Part shown: positions 26,827 through 40,070 of the stretch, piece after piece
How positions within the stretch are numbered: the first letter of the stretch is position 1
Layout of the letters: every line of letters begins with the position of its first letter
DNA from: Octopus vulgaris
Taxonomy: Eukaryota
Assembly (NCBI GenBank): GCA_951406725.2
Contig: OX597819.1
Span: 51,212,001-51,276,000, forward strand
Length of the DNA stretch: 64,000 nucleotides
Reading direction: 5' to 3'
The notes under the pieces: model-generated
Told to the model about the DNA's origin: nothing
What the model saw: the letters and a program-made list of their open reading frames with translations, nothing else
Databases searched by the model: none
Position numbers and translations under genes: made by a program

Positions 26827-27070
26827 TTAATTATTTTTTTTCCTTCGGCTTCTTTCTTTCTTACTCTACCATGAGAATGTGTTTCCGCAAAACCTCAGAC
26901 TAACTATTTTTCCATTTCCCTTTTTCGGCGTACAATGCACTGCGCATAACTTTCTATGTTAGTTTTTTGTGTTCCCATTTTGTACTGACTTTTAAAAATA
27001 TTTGTCTACCTGTTGTAATTTGCCTCACATCTGTCTCTTATTCCTCTAGTTTCATTGGTGGCAATTTTAC
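25866..27070. repeat. Near-perfect ~240 bp inverted repeat, arms 25866-26104 and 26831-27070
   Basis: GTAAAATTGCCACC...GAAGCCGAAGGAAAAAAATAA is the reverse complement of TTATTTTTTTTCCTTCGGCTTC...GGTGGCAATTTTAC; the only difference I saw is one base in a homopolymer run. Confidence 0.95.
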
Positions 27071-27175
27071 AGTCGTACTGGCTTTCATGGGAAACATATA
27101 TTTTCGTGGTTGAAACCTTTTGGATTAACTGGTGCTAGAGTGATCAATATAGTGACCACTCTCTTATATTTATTT

Positions 27176-27241
<66 letters not shown>

Positions 27242-27299
27242 CATTTATTCTTATTCTTTTATATAGTTCAGCTTCGAGGCTGTGGCAATGCTGGGGCAC

Positions 27300-27348
<49 letters not shown>

Positions 27349-27352
<4 letters not shown>

Positions 27353-28015
27353 GTCATCCCACTAGTTCTATCCGATTTTACTGTTTTTAAATTTGAATGA
27401 AATTTAAAAGTATTTTAGAATGTCTAATGGAATTAAAAAATATTTTTATGCATTTTTGTCCATTTAAACTAATCAAATATTATTTTACAGAATAATAGAA
27501 TTAACATTTCTTTGATTAAGTATCCAAAGAGCATATGCCTCAAAGCACGTAATGCTTTATGAGTACAAAAAAGGAAACTCTGCAGGCGAAGCGACTCGAA
27601 ACATACACTCAGTTTATGGGAAAGAATGCTTGAATGAAGGAACTTACAGAAGATGGTTTGCAAAATTCAGAAGTGGAGATTTCAGCCTTGAAGATGAAGA
27701 TCGAACAGGATATCCAGTTGAGTTTGAGGATAAGCTCCTTAAGGCAAGACTTGAAGAAAGTCCTGCATCATCAGTTGAAGAATTGGCAATAAAGCTTAGT
27801 TCAAATCATACAACTGTTCATCGTCATCTTCAACAACTTGGAAAGGTTCCTAAACTTGGAAAATAGGTGCCTCATAAATTGTCGGAAAGCAACCGCAAAT
27901 CCCGAGTTGACATCTGCTCTACTCTTCATTCTCGCGATCTTATTTCACCCTTTTTGGATAGACTTGTGACTGGTGACGAAAAATGGATCTTCTATCGAAA
28001 TGTTAAATGTCGTCA
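27349..28015 (+). mobile_element. Mariner transposon, 5' half with pseudogenised transposase
   Basis: ORFs 27552-27866 and 27867-28091 give HTH motifs (RRWFAKFRSGDFSLEDEDRTG, TVHRHLQQLG), K*VPHKL (WVPHEL linker with a stop) and FLDRLVTGDEKW. The element starts in a TA tract and is cut off at a SINE at ~28016. Confidence 0.92.
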
Positions 28016-28220
28016 AGGTGGCAAGCTGGCAGAATCGTTAGTGCGCCAAAAAATTATTTGTGTTATTTTTTCCGTCTACTTTTCGTTCTAGATTCAAATC
28101 CGTCTGTTCTCAACTTTCATGTTTCTGGTGTCCATAAAATACACAATCAGCTAAGTGCAAGTCGACGGCATCGACTAACCTCTTCGCTCAAAATTGCTCA
28201 CCTTGTGCATAAATCCTAAA
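28016..28220 (+). mobile_element. Degenerate SINE family A
   Basis: GGTGGCAAGCTGGCAGAATCGTTAG...GATTCAAATCC... Confidence 0.65.
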
Positions 28221-28623
28221 CAATTTTATAGTATGACTAATTGAAATAAATCTCAGACCACCATGTAAAATGTGCCTCTTCAGCATTAACTGTTAATCTT
28301 AAATTTGTACAACTGTTGCTGAGATTGAGGAGTACTAACGTGATGGAGCTCCAGTTTTCTTTAAAGTACGATGCTCGCGGTAGATATTTCAGATCTAATA
28401 ATACATATTACCATTGGTCGCTTTGACGAATGAAGGTTCGGCAAGACAGTTGCACAGTTTCATTTCCTATCGCAACTGGATTTGTGAAGAAAATCTGCTG
28501 TTGCGAGTCATAGCTTGCCGAATAATCTGCACGAAACTAATTATTAGAGAGGGCATGAGTGGTGAAACGCTAGCCCCATTTTCTCGTTCCTCGGACTTGT
28601 ACTGATCAGGTGTAACAAGTATC

Positions 28624-28950
28624 TATTTCTTTACAACCCACAAGACCCCGAAAGGATGAAACGCAAAGTCGACCTCGGCGGAATTTGAACTCAGAACGTA
28701 GCGGCAGACGAAATACCTATTTCTTTACTACCCACAAGGGGGCTAAACACAGAGGAGACAAACAAGGACAGATAGACAGATTAAGTCGATCATATCGACC
28801 CTAGTGCGTAACTGGTACTTATTTAATCGACCCCGAAATGATGAAAGGCAAAGAAGACCTCGGCGGAATTTGAACTCAGAACGTAGCGGCAGACGAAATA
28901 CTGCTAAGCATTTCGCCCGGCGTGCTAACGTTTCTGCCAGCTCACCACCT
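28624..28950 (-). mobile_element. SINE family A: full copy 28718-28950 plus tandem internally deleted copy 28624-28716
   Basis: CGAAAGGATGAAA.GCAAAGTCGACCTCGGCGGAATTTGAACTCAGAACGTAGCGGCAGACGAAATAC occurs twice with minor differences. Confidence 0.9.
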
Positions 28951-29274
28951 TCAGGAGTAACAAGTATCATGAGACCAGTAATTATCAAATTGTAGGATTT
29001 GTATGCGATTGTCTTGTCTTAGATGAGCAACTAAAGAGCTGAAATCCTCATTTGCTGTGGATCCATTAGAGTGTTTGTCAGTAACCTTCTTCCGGAGGTA
29101 ATTTCGTTCCATTCTAATTACTCCATTGCTGGGAACACGACAGGTGCTATTACTGGGGGTCAGATTAGACTTAGCAAGAACAGCGACTAAGAGGTGGTTC
29201 CACACAACTCAAAATCTGGAACTCGAGAACCAGGAGCCCACGATGGGATGCAGTTTAGAGTGATAACCAGAACC

Positions 29275-29833
29275 ATGGCGTATTAGTGTGATAAGAATCT
29301 TGCTTCCTAGCCACAAAGTTCCGGGTTCAGTTCCAAGTGTCTTCTACTATAACTTCGGGTCGACCAAAGCATTTTGAGTGAAAGAAGCCTGTCGTGAGAG
29401 AGTGTGTGTGTGGTGTGTGTGAGTGTGGGTGTGTATGTGTGTGTTCGTCCCGCACCACAGCTTGACATCCGGTGTTAGTGCATTTCTGTCCCCCTAACTT
29501 AGCCGTTTGGTAAAAGAGACCGATAGAATAAGTACCATTCAGCAAAAAATTAAGTACTAGTGGCGATTCTTTCAACTCTTCAAGGCATGGTCGAAGTCTA
29601 ATGACCGAAACAATTAAAAGAATAACAGATGGCAGCAGAATTGTTAGCACATCTGGCAAAATACTCGAAGGCATTTTGACCGTCTGTGCGTTCTGAGTTC
29701 CAATACTGCCCAGGGGGACTTTGCCTTTTAATCTTCTGGAATCCATAAAATAAGTACCAACTGAGGACATAGGTCGATTTAATCGACTTGCCCCCTGCCC
29801 AGAAATTTCTGATTTGCACCAAATTTTGGAACC
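29275..29833 (+). mobile_element. Degenerate SINE B (29275-29625) followed by SINE A tail variant 2 (29628-29833)
   Basis: CCGGGTTCAGTTCC, GAGACCGATAGAATAAGTAC; then GCAGAATTGTTAGCAC...GAGTTCCAATACTGCC...ACTTTGCCTTT. Confidence 0.75.
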
Positions 29834-29853
29834 GATGCTATGCATATATTGTA

Positions 29854-30016
29854 CGAGGGGATGCTGGTTTCCGAGCTCTTTTACAGGGCTTAGAAAAAAT
29901 TGAAGGACCGCTATAGTGTTTGAATCTGAGAGGAGAATATGTTGAATAAAATCATAATTAACTGATTTTCCAATATTTTCTTTTACCCAAAGCCAGGAAA
30001 TTTCAACATCCCTTCA
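29854..30016 (+). mobile_element. Mariner-derived MITE (CGAGGGG TIR)
   Basis: TA|CGAGGGGATGCTG...AAGCCAGGAAATTTCAACATCCCTTCA|TA; retains the transposase tail (LEK.KDR...GEYVE*); homologous to 46810-47026. Confidence 0.8.
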
Positions 30017-30454
30017 TATATACTTGAATAGGAATCTGTTTAAACAACCCAATGATGTTTAAAATAAAATAAAATAGAGGGTTAAAAAAAAAGTGAATAG
30101 CTTTCAAAAGTAACATACATCGGGAACATTGAGGAGAAAAACTGTGGAAGGATTCTTGTATGATTCACTGGTGCTAAGATTAACTGTTGCCAGTAGAGTG
30201 TTACACCGGCTGATTGGTGGTCATTTAAACATACAGTTTCAATTACATTTGCATTTCGGCCTCGTCAAAGAGTACAAGAGATTTTGGTGCCATCTTCCTC
30301 TTTTAGCTCCTATTTTTCTACGTCCTTATTACAGAGTAAATTTTTTAAAGGATCCACAAAATCGAAGTTATAGCAGAATAAATAAACAATAAAATCATAA
30401 CCGCGTTGTTATAGCTTTCAAATTCCTTTTCAACTCCGTTAATGCAAAACTATC

Positions 30455-30545
<91 letters not shown>

Positions 30546-30754
30546 GTACGTACGCACAAGAATACATGTATACACATGTGCAAATGTAGGAACACACACA
30601 CACACACACACACGCACAAACACATACATATATATTCATATGTTTATATATACATACTTAAACATATACACACACATGTTTATACATATTCATGTTTGCA
30701 TATACATACGCTTATATATATATAAACATATGTATATATATGTATATTGATAAA

Positions 30755-30798
<44 letters not shown>

Positions 30799-31153
30799 AA
30801 TGTATGCATGCAAATATTCATTGCATAAGTATAGTAATGTAATTTTCTGCATGCGTTCCTGCATATACAATTTGTATATTCAGTTTCACTCACATCAATA
30901 GATACCGCACATAATATGTTGTACACAGTCATCAGTTTGTCACATCATACATACATACCTACATACACACATACACACACACGCACACACACACACACAC
31001 ATATATGTATATACATATATATATATACATATATATATATTCATGCATATGACTATGTATATATATATATATAAATACATGCATGTATACGCACATACTT
31101 ACATAATTAAATACTGATGTGCATATATATTTGCATTTTTATATACATACATA

Positions 31154-31193
<40 letters not shown>

Positions 31194-31249
31194 GCATACA
31201 TATATTATATCTATCTATCTATCTATCTATCTATATATATATATACATA

Positions 31250-31286
<37 letters not shown>

Positions 31287-31636
31287 ATATATATATATGC
31301 CTATGTATCACATATGTATATATGCGTATATGTATGTATGTGTATGTATGTATATGTATGTATGATGTGTATATATATCTATATATATATACTTAAGTGA
31401 ACTAACAAACTTTCTCTTCATCATTGCTATAGAGTTTATTCCTTCAATTGTGTTAACTCTCTCTAATCTTCATCACCATTTTCCCAGTACACACACAGGC
31501 ACACATGGAAATATATACGCACGTAAGTAAGTATGTATATATGCATATATGCATATATGCATGTATGCACGTGCGTACGTAAGCATATGCATGTATATGT
31601 ATGTATATATGCATATATATATATATATATGTATGC

Positions 31637-31668
<32 letters not shown>

Positions 31669-32408
31669 ATATGAGATATATATGATTATGTGTGCAATTG
31701 TATTTGTGTGTGTATGTTATTTTATGCAGTTCTCGGTACAGTTGATGATTCATAGAACGCTACATATATAAGCAAAAACATAAGAAATGCACTGGGGAGA
31801 AGGACATAACGAAAGTGAGACGGAGAGTTGACAATCGAACTAATGTATAGAGAAAAAAAAAAAAAGATTTTGAGGATTTCACTGAGTGGCTCAGAAAATA
31901 AAAGAGATGGAGATCATGTAGAGAGGCGTAGAGGAAGAATGAAAGATTGGCGAACATAATGACCGAAAGAGAGGGACACACAGAAAGGAAAGTAGAGTCA
32001 GTGAGTGTGAGAGATGGAGGTCGGAGATTTAGGAAGTGTGTTATTAAAAAGGGGAGAAGCGATATACATACATGACGTTATATATGTGTGTTTGTACAGA
32101 CCCAGACCCAGGCGCACATGACAATGGATATATATATATATGTATATATTTATATATATAATATACGTGCAATAAAAAATGTATCTATGTATCTATCTAC
32201 TTATTTTTGTATATATCTATCTCTTTATATATATATACATATATATACGCATGCATGAATACATATTTGCATACAATTAAACACACACACACACGTATAT
32301 ATATATATACATATTTATATACAGACATATATATATATACATGTATATTGACGTACATATGCATTTATGTATCTATGTACATGTATATATGTTTGTATGC
32401 ATACATTA

Positions 32409-32578
<170 letters not shown>

Positions 32579-32909
32579 ATAGATATGTATAAACATATAT
32601 GTAGAGAGTGTGAGAGAGAGAGAGAAGATTGAGGGGGAGGAGGAGGAGAAAGACGGGTTAAACAAAAATGGCCGTAGGAATGAAGAAAATGGTGGTAGAA
32701 TATGATTGTAGCGGAAATGTTGGCGCTGCATTTAACGGGAAAAGTATATATATATACACTTTTAAACACACGTTCACACACACACGTATGTATACATATA
32801 TATGTGTGTGTATATCGATGTATATATATATATATACATATAAGTATTATGTATGTATGTATGTATGTATGTATGTATGTATATATATATATATATATAT
32901 ATATAAACT

Positions 32910-32943
<34 letters not shown>

Positions 32944-33653
32944 AAGAGATAAAAATACAAAGCAATAAATAAAATGAGGAAACAAAAGTATATAAGTATA
33001 TAAATAAATGTAAAACACCAAAAAAAAATATACAACAACAAAGAATTGGTAAAGAACAAATAATTCAAGAATGGAAATGACAGTAGAGTAATGGGAATCC
33101 ATGCCGCAGGTGAGAAACGGATGAGGACAGGTAGACAACAACAACAAAAACAGCCAAAAACTATATTTTCACACTCATCTTATCTTGGCCATTTCTAGCT
33201 TACAGCAAAAAAAAAAAAAAAAAAATAGAAAAAGAAAAAACGAAAAAAAAAAAAACCGGCGAATCATTCTAGCGCTGCTTTTACTAAAATTATGTGATAC
33301 AGAAACGTTGGTATTTGTTGATGATTTTTTTTTTTTTTTGTAACCATTTTCTTTGTTTTTGTGGTTTCGGTTTCGTATTTTTCGTTTGATTTTGCCTTTA
33401 TTATGTTCAGTTATTTATTTGTTCGTTTATTTATTTATTTATTCGATTAGTGTATTCAATCTGAGTTGTATGTATGAAGCAGTGTATCACGAACTGCAAA
33501 TTGAATGATGAGAAAGAGTTGACCATCGTTGTTAAAATTTGTATCGTTATGAGGTGAGAATTGCACAAATACGCATGTGCACACATACACACATACACAC
33601 ACACACACTCATACACAGATACATACAATCCCACATATTACATGGTACGGTAC

Positions 33654-33692
<39 letters not shown>

Positions 33693-33747
33693 GTGTGTGT
33701 GTGTGTGTATACGGGTGTGTATGTATATCTATTTATCAATCTATCTT

Positions 33748-33820
<73 letters not shown>

Positions 33821-33872
33821 ATACTTACGCATATATATATATATGTGTGTGTGCGTATCTAGCTATCAATAT

Positions 33873-33976
<104 letters not shown>

Positions 33977-34315
33977 TATATACACATACCTACAAATATA
34001 TATATGTGTGTGCACATGTGTGTGTGTGTTCATTTTTACATTTGTTCTTTTACTCATTTCAATTTCCATACTGCATCCCCGCTGAGGCGTCACTTTCAAA
34101 AGTTTCCTTGCTCAAATCGATTCTAGTACTTACTTTTAGCATGATACTTAGGACGCATAAGCTTTATGCCGAACCGCTAGGTCACGGTGGTGTAAACTAA
34201 AGCTGTTCGGCAGACATCAGACACAAATGCATGTGTGTGGTATATGAGAGTGTATGTATGTATGTATGTATGTATGTATGTATGTATGTATGTATGTATG
34301 TATGTATGTATGTAT

Positions 34316-34612
34316 GACTCAACAGTCATCTTCATAGTCATAAAGCGAGACAGATTATTGACAACCAAGCCATACTAATCATATCTGTCAGGTATGTAGA
34401 AGGGAGTGTAATACGGACTTAAACGACATGCAAAGGTACAAAAAAGCCCAGTTACAACTACAGCCGTCTATTGCCGGTAAAGGTTTTAGCTGCCAATTCT
34501 GTACAAGACATTGTAGATCTTTAGCTGGGCTAAAAAGTCACGTCCGATCACAGCACCGATAACAGTTAAGCCTCGTGCAATGGCCATACTCGATAACGAG
34601 GGGGCAGCCATC
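34316..34612 (+). mobile_element. Non-autonomous retroelement with RTE/BovB-type 3' end inside (TATG)n
   Basis: 3' end GCAATGGCCATACTCGATAACGAGGGGGCAGCCATC followed by (ATGT)n resembles the RTE terminal stem-loop (CATCCTCG...CGAGGGAC.GCC); (TATG)n on both sides. Confidence 0.55.
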
Positions 34613-35062
34613 ATGTATGCATGCATGTATGTATGTATATGTGTGTATGTATGTATGTATGTATGTATGTATGTATGTATGTATGTATGTATGTGTGTGT
34701 GTGTATGTATGTATGTATGTATGTATGTATGTGTGTGTGTGTATGTATGTATGTATGTATGTATGTATGTATTTCAATGTTCAGTTTTATTTCAAGATTT
34801 TCTGCCAATAGAGACTGAGATGGTTTCTAACCAACATCCAAGGCTCCTTCAGGGGAATTTGAACATCAACAAGGTATATCTTTATGTATTTAAGTGTATG
34901 TACAGTTTTGTATGCATGTATTCTGATGTATATAATTACAGGTCTAGACATGCGCATATAAGCTGATATGATAAAATTCTGGAAAGCTTTAGAGATCCAT
35001 CAATGGATTGGATCTGTAGTCCTCGAATCAGCTTTCTCCTTTCTGGTTCATGTATGTATGAC

Positions 35063-36218
35063 GAAGGAGTGGCTATGTGTAAGTAGCTTGCTTACCAACC
35101 ACATGGTTCTGGGTTCAGTCCTCCTACGTGGCAACTTGGGCAAGTATCTTCTACTATAGCCTCGGGTCGACCAAAGCCTTGTGAGTTGATGTGATGGATG
35201 GAAACTGAAAGAAGCGCTTCGTATATTTATATATGGCAGTGTGAATGTGTGTGTGTGTGTCTGTCTGCGTGTCTGTGTTTGTTCCACCACCATCACTTGA
35301 CGACCGATGTTGGTGTGTTTGCGTCGCGTAACTTAGCGGTTCGGCAAAAGAGATCGATAGAATAGGTACTTTGCTTACAAACAATAAGCCCCGGGATCGA
35401 TCTAATCGATTAAAGTGGTGCTCCAGCATGGTCGCACTCAAATGACTGAAACAAATAAAAGGACATTACGTTCAAATCATTACACTTCTCCTTTTCCGAC
35501 ACTGGGGCCGGTACATCAAGTTCTTGGCTTAAAACTGGTGTTTTGGAAACGCTTGCCCTGAGAGTAATATAAAGAACTGATTATATATAAAGTCTTCCTC
35601 TTACATTGGAACCAGTTAAAAGTGAAGCGGTTTGGATGCGAATAATTTTTAATCTCTACATTCAGTTAGTAAAACAAAAACATAGCACACTTTTCTTACA
35701 ACTCGGAAATAAATTTTAAATTGATAAACATTGGAGTGGCTGTGTGCTAAATAGCTTGCTTACCAACCACAGGGTTACGGGTTCAGTTCTACTACGTGGC
35801 ACCTTGGGTAACTGTCTTCAACTATAGCCTCGGTCCGTATAAAGCCTTGTAAGTGGATTTGATAGACGGAAACAGCAAGAAGCCGGATGTATATATATAT
35901 ATAGGGAGAATTCGCAAAAAAACCCCCAAAAGACGAAGACAGGTGGTGTAGACAACAAACAGATGTATTAGTATAACGCTCGGGAAGTGAAAAAGTCTTT
36001 ACATATGTGTGTGTGTGTGTGTGTGTGTGTTTGTCCCCCACACTCGCTTGACAACCAATGTTGGTCTCATTGCGTCGCCGTAACTTAGCGGTTCAGTAAA
36101 AGTGACCGATAGAATAAGTACTAGGCTTACAAAGTATAAGTCCTTGGGTCGATTTGCTTGACTAAAAGCGGTGCCCCAGCATGGCCGCAGTCAAGTCATT
36201 GAAGCAAAAATAAAAGAG
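35063..36218 (+). mobile_element. Two SINE family B copies (35063-35462, 35732-36218)
   Basis: GGAGTGGCT.TGTG heads, GGCA.CTTGGG.AA, internal TA/TG tract and 3' CCAGCATGG.CGCA.TCAA. Confidence 0.88.
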
Positions 36219-36344
36219 CATGTGTAATTTTGATGATACTAAAGATTTTAGGTGTAACTTATATTGTGTCCATCCCTAATATCCACCAGTAGATGCGAAT
36301 TTGAATATAGTCATAGCCATTGTATTTTCGTTATTCTTTTCTCT

Positions 36345-36792
36345 TCTAGGCACAAGGCTCGCAATTTTGAGGCGGGAGCCCAGTTGATTAGATCAACCAC
36401 AGTACACAACTGGTACTTAATTTATTGACACCTTAAACGATGAAAAGCAAAGTCGACCTCGGCAGAATTCAAACTCAAAACGTAAAGACAGACGAAATAC
36501 CGCTTATCATTTCACCCGGTGTGCTAACATTTCTGCCAGCTCACCGCCTTATATGAATATTTATTTCTTTATTGCCCACAGGGAGCTAAACCTAGCGGGG
36601 ACAAACAAGGACAGACTAAGAGATTAAGTCGATTACATCGACTCCAGTGTGTAACTGCTACTTATTTAATCGACCCCGAAAGGATGAAAGGCAAAGTGGA
36701 CCTCGGCGGAATTTAAACTCAGAACATAGACAGACGAAATACCGCTAAGCATCTCACCCGGTTCGCTAACCTTTCTTCCAGGTCGCCGCCTT
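36345..36792 (-). mobile_element. Tandem SINE family A pair: tail variant 2 (36345-36550) and variant 1 (36562-36792)
   Basis: Same head and middle; the tails differ (CTAGGCACAAGGC.. versus TTTCTTTATTGCCCACAGG on +). Confidence 0.88.
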
Positions 36793-38961
36793 ATTGTATT
36801 TCGTTATTAAGTACAACTTCTTTAAGAAGAATGTGTATTCATAACTTACTCATCAATTAGTGCAACAAGACTTTCAGACATCTCATGTTTCAACCTTGTT
36901 GTGTCTCCTCAGCCAAAGCTGAACTAATCAATCTAACGAGAATTTTGCACTCATATTTATAAATTGTTGATGTCTAATGATTTTTGACAACGCATAATAA
37001 ATCGTGGCAACGTGAATCATAACGATGACAAACATAATCATTTTAAATACTTTTCAACAGAGTCGAACGTGGATATGGTAATTGCTATTGCGTTTCGTCG
37101 GTAGGAACAACTTTTCCTGTCATACGAATGTGAGCCCATAATATATTTGATTAATTAGGGTATTGGCAATTAGGGATATGCATTCGTCTGAAAGGTATTA
37201 CTCTCCAATGGCGAAATACAACGGCGATTAGCATATTTACGTTCGAATCTGTCGGGACGTATTTTAAAATGAATATGTATATCATTTGGTTCTCTCCATT
37301 CACTTTGCACATAGTGGTTTGTCATATATTGTTGTTAATGTGACTACTGATATATAGTAGGTTTCTAATATTTTGTTTTCCACTTCATGTCAAGTTTCGC
37401 CATCACTAGGAATCACTTTTGGCGAAAATACATCCGTAACATAGAACGACTTTCATTATTAAAGACTGGCTCTTCTTTTCAATACCAGAAATTATTTCTG
37501 CACTCGCTCAACAATTTCCGAGTGTACAAAGCTCAGATGAATCCTATAAAGGATCATTGCTTCCATATGGAGAACAGTGCCCCGAAAAACAAACAAACAC
37601 ACACACACAAACACCTACATCTTGGGCTACATCAAGGGAAAATGTACAAAATGATTTTTATAAAATCATTCACACGTAACTTCAATCCACTGGCTCGCAG
37701 GCGCGGTCTCCTCTCTCAGCCATTTCTATCCATAATGGTTTCTTTTCTTCGGGAGTTAACTGGTATAAATATATCTCACACAGATAATCCTGATCCACTT
37801 CATTTACTTTTGCACCTGCCCCATCCTCAGCAGTAACCATTTTACTCAGACCTTCTACTACCGGATATCGGAAACTTGGAATGACCTCTTTGTTCATGTC
37901 TTTACTCACAAAAACTTTAAACAAGACATCAGTATTACCGTCTTGTAGGGCCTGCGGAGGCCGTGGTTACAGTTTCTTCATTTAGGCCTAGCAAACATGT
38001 ACATACATACATACATATATATATATATAAATATATATACATATATATGTGTACACACACACATATATACATATACTTATATGTATATTTATATATGTAT
38101 GAGTGTGTGTATATATATACATATGTATATATGTACATATATATAAATATATATATGCATATATATACATGTATATATATGTATATATATATATACATGT
38201 ATATATATATGTATATACATGTACATATATGTATATGTATATGTGTGCGTGTGTGTATATATATTTATATATGTACATATATATAAATATATACACATGT
38301 ATATACATGTATTTATAAACATATATATAAATATATACATACTCATATATATGCATATATACACACACATATAAATACATACACATATATATATTGAGAG
38401 AGAGATATATACACACATATAAGTTAATATGAACAGCCAGGCGCAATGTTATACGCGAAAGGAAAAAGTCAATTATGGCTTAGGATGCCGGAGCACCTAC
38501 ATTGCTAGAAATAAGAATTAAAACACTCTTAATGCTGTGGGAGGAGCACATAGAACATGCACACATGCTGACGGGAGAAGCAACCACCCCATGACAACTT
38601 CGAAAATCCCCAGGCTAGATTTAGTTTCGCCTATGACTAGACATCGTCAGTGATTCTGCTCCGACGGCGTGTGATCGGCTGACCCCCTTTGCCAGCATAT
38701 ATCTATTTACCATAAAAAATTACGGATGATTTTAGTGAAATGCAATGCGTATACTGACAATCAATCTGATCATATGTTTTGCCGTTTCAGAGTATTTTCC
38801 CTTTTTTTTTTACCAGTACGTGGAGGTCGTCTTAAGCGACTGAAACCAGTAGCCGCTTAGTTCAAGATGTAAATATTGTTTTTCTGCTCTGCATGGGAAG
38901 GTTTTTTTTACTTTTCAATGCACATACAAATACACACACACACACAAATGCACACACCCAT

Positions 38962-39068
<107 letters not shown>

Positions 39069-39669
39069 GGGGAGAGAAAGTGAGTGAGAGAGAGAGTAAG
39101 GGAGAGAGAGAGAGAGATTATGAGAGGTAATGGTGTCATCGAGACCGAAAGGTATCAGGTAATGCTGAATAAGTGCTATAGATAGACCGTAGTTAAGTTC
39201 CAGGTTCGCTAATTTTGCGAAGAAGGAGTTCAATGTTGGTCATGTGTCAGCGTGTGTATATAAATTGTTTTTTTCGTAATGAGATAAAAAAAAAAAACAA
39301 GGCTCTGTACATTTTAGAACATTTATAGATACAAAGTATCTCTCTCTCTCTCTCTCTCGCTCTCTCTCTCTCCATATATATATATATATATATACACTAA
39401 AAATACTCTGAATCTAGTCTGCAGATGCCTGACCAGCAAGGGGAAGCGGCTGACCTCCCGTGTTCGAAGGTTATAGTGGACACAGGTTCGTGTGTCACAT
39501 AGCTAGCTAGAGGCGATGGCCTCTTGGAGCTAATCAACGGCAGCATTCGTCCTATATTTCTGAACTGCCGTATTAGCTTGGCGATAACTATTAATATCCA
39601 GTGCCGCTGACCGTAGTCTCCCTTAGAGAGACTTAGATTTTTTAATATTTATATATATATATAAATAAT

Positions 39670-40070
39670 GGCACAGGAGTGGCTGTGTGGTAAGTAGCTT
39701 GCTAACCAACCACTTGGTTCCGGGTTCAGTCCCGCTGCGTGGCATCTTGGGCAAGTGTCTTCTGCTATAGCCTCGGGCCGACCAATGCCTTGTGAGTGGA
39801 TTTGGTAGACGGAAACTGAAAGAAACTTGTATATATGTATATATATATATGTATGTGTGTGTGTTTGTGTGTCTGAGTTTGTCCCCCTAGCATTGCTTGA
39901 CAACCGATGCTGGTGTGTTTATGTCCCCGTCACTTAGCGGTTCAGCAAAAGAGACCGATAGAATAAGTACTAGGCTTACAAAAGAATAAGTCCCTGGGGT
40001 CGATTTGCTCGACTAAAGGCGGTGCTCCAGCATGGCCGCAGTCAAATGACTGAAACAAGTAAAAGAGTAA

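Noticed and set aside
36880-36915. Minus-strand CTGAGGA-GAC..GTT-GAAACATG
   Set aside because: Only a 3 bp stem II, no stem I and no cleavage triplet.
39670-39745. tRNA gene
   Set aside because: A/B-box-like motifs are SINE heads; no cloverleaf, and the sequence continues into the SINE body.
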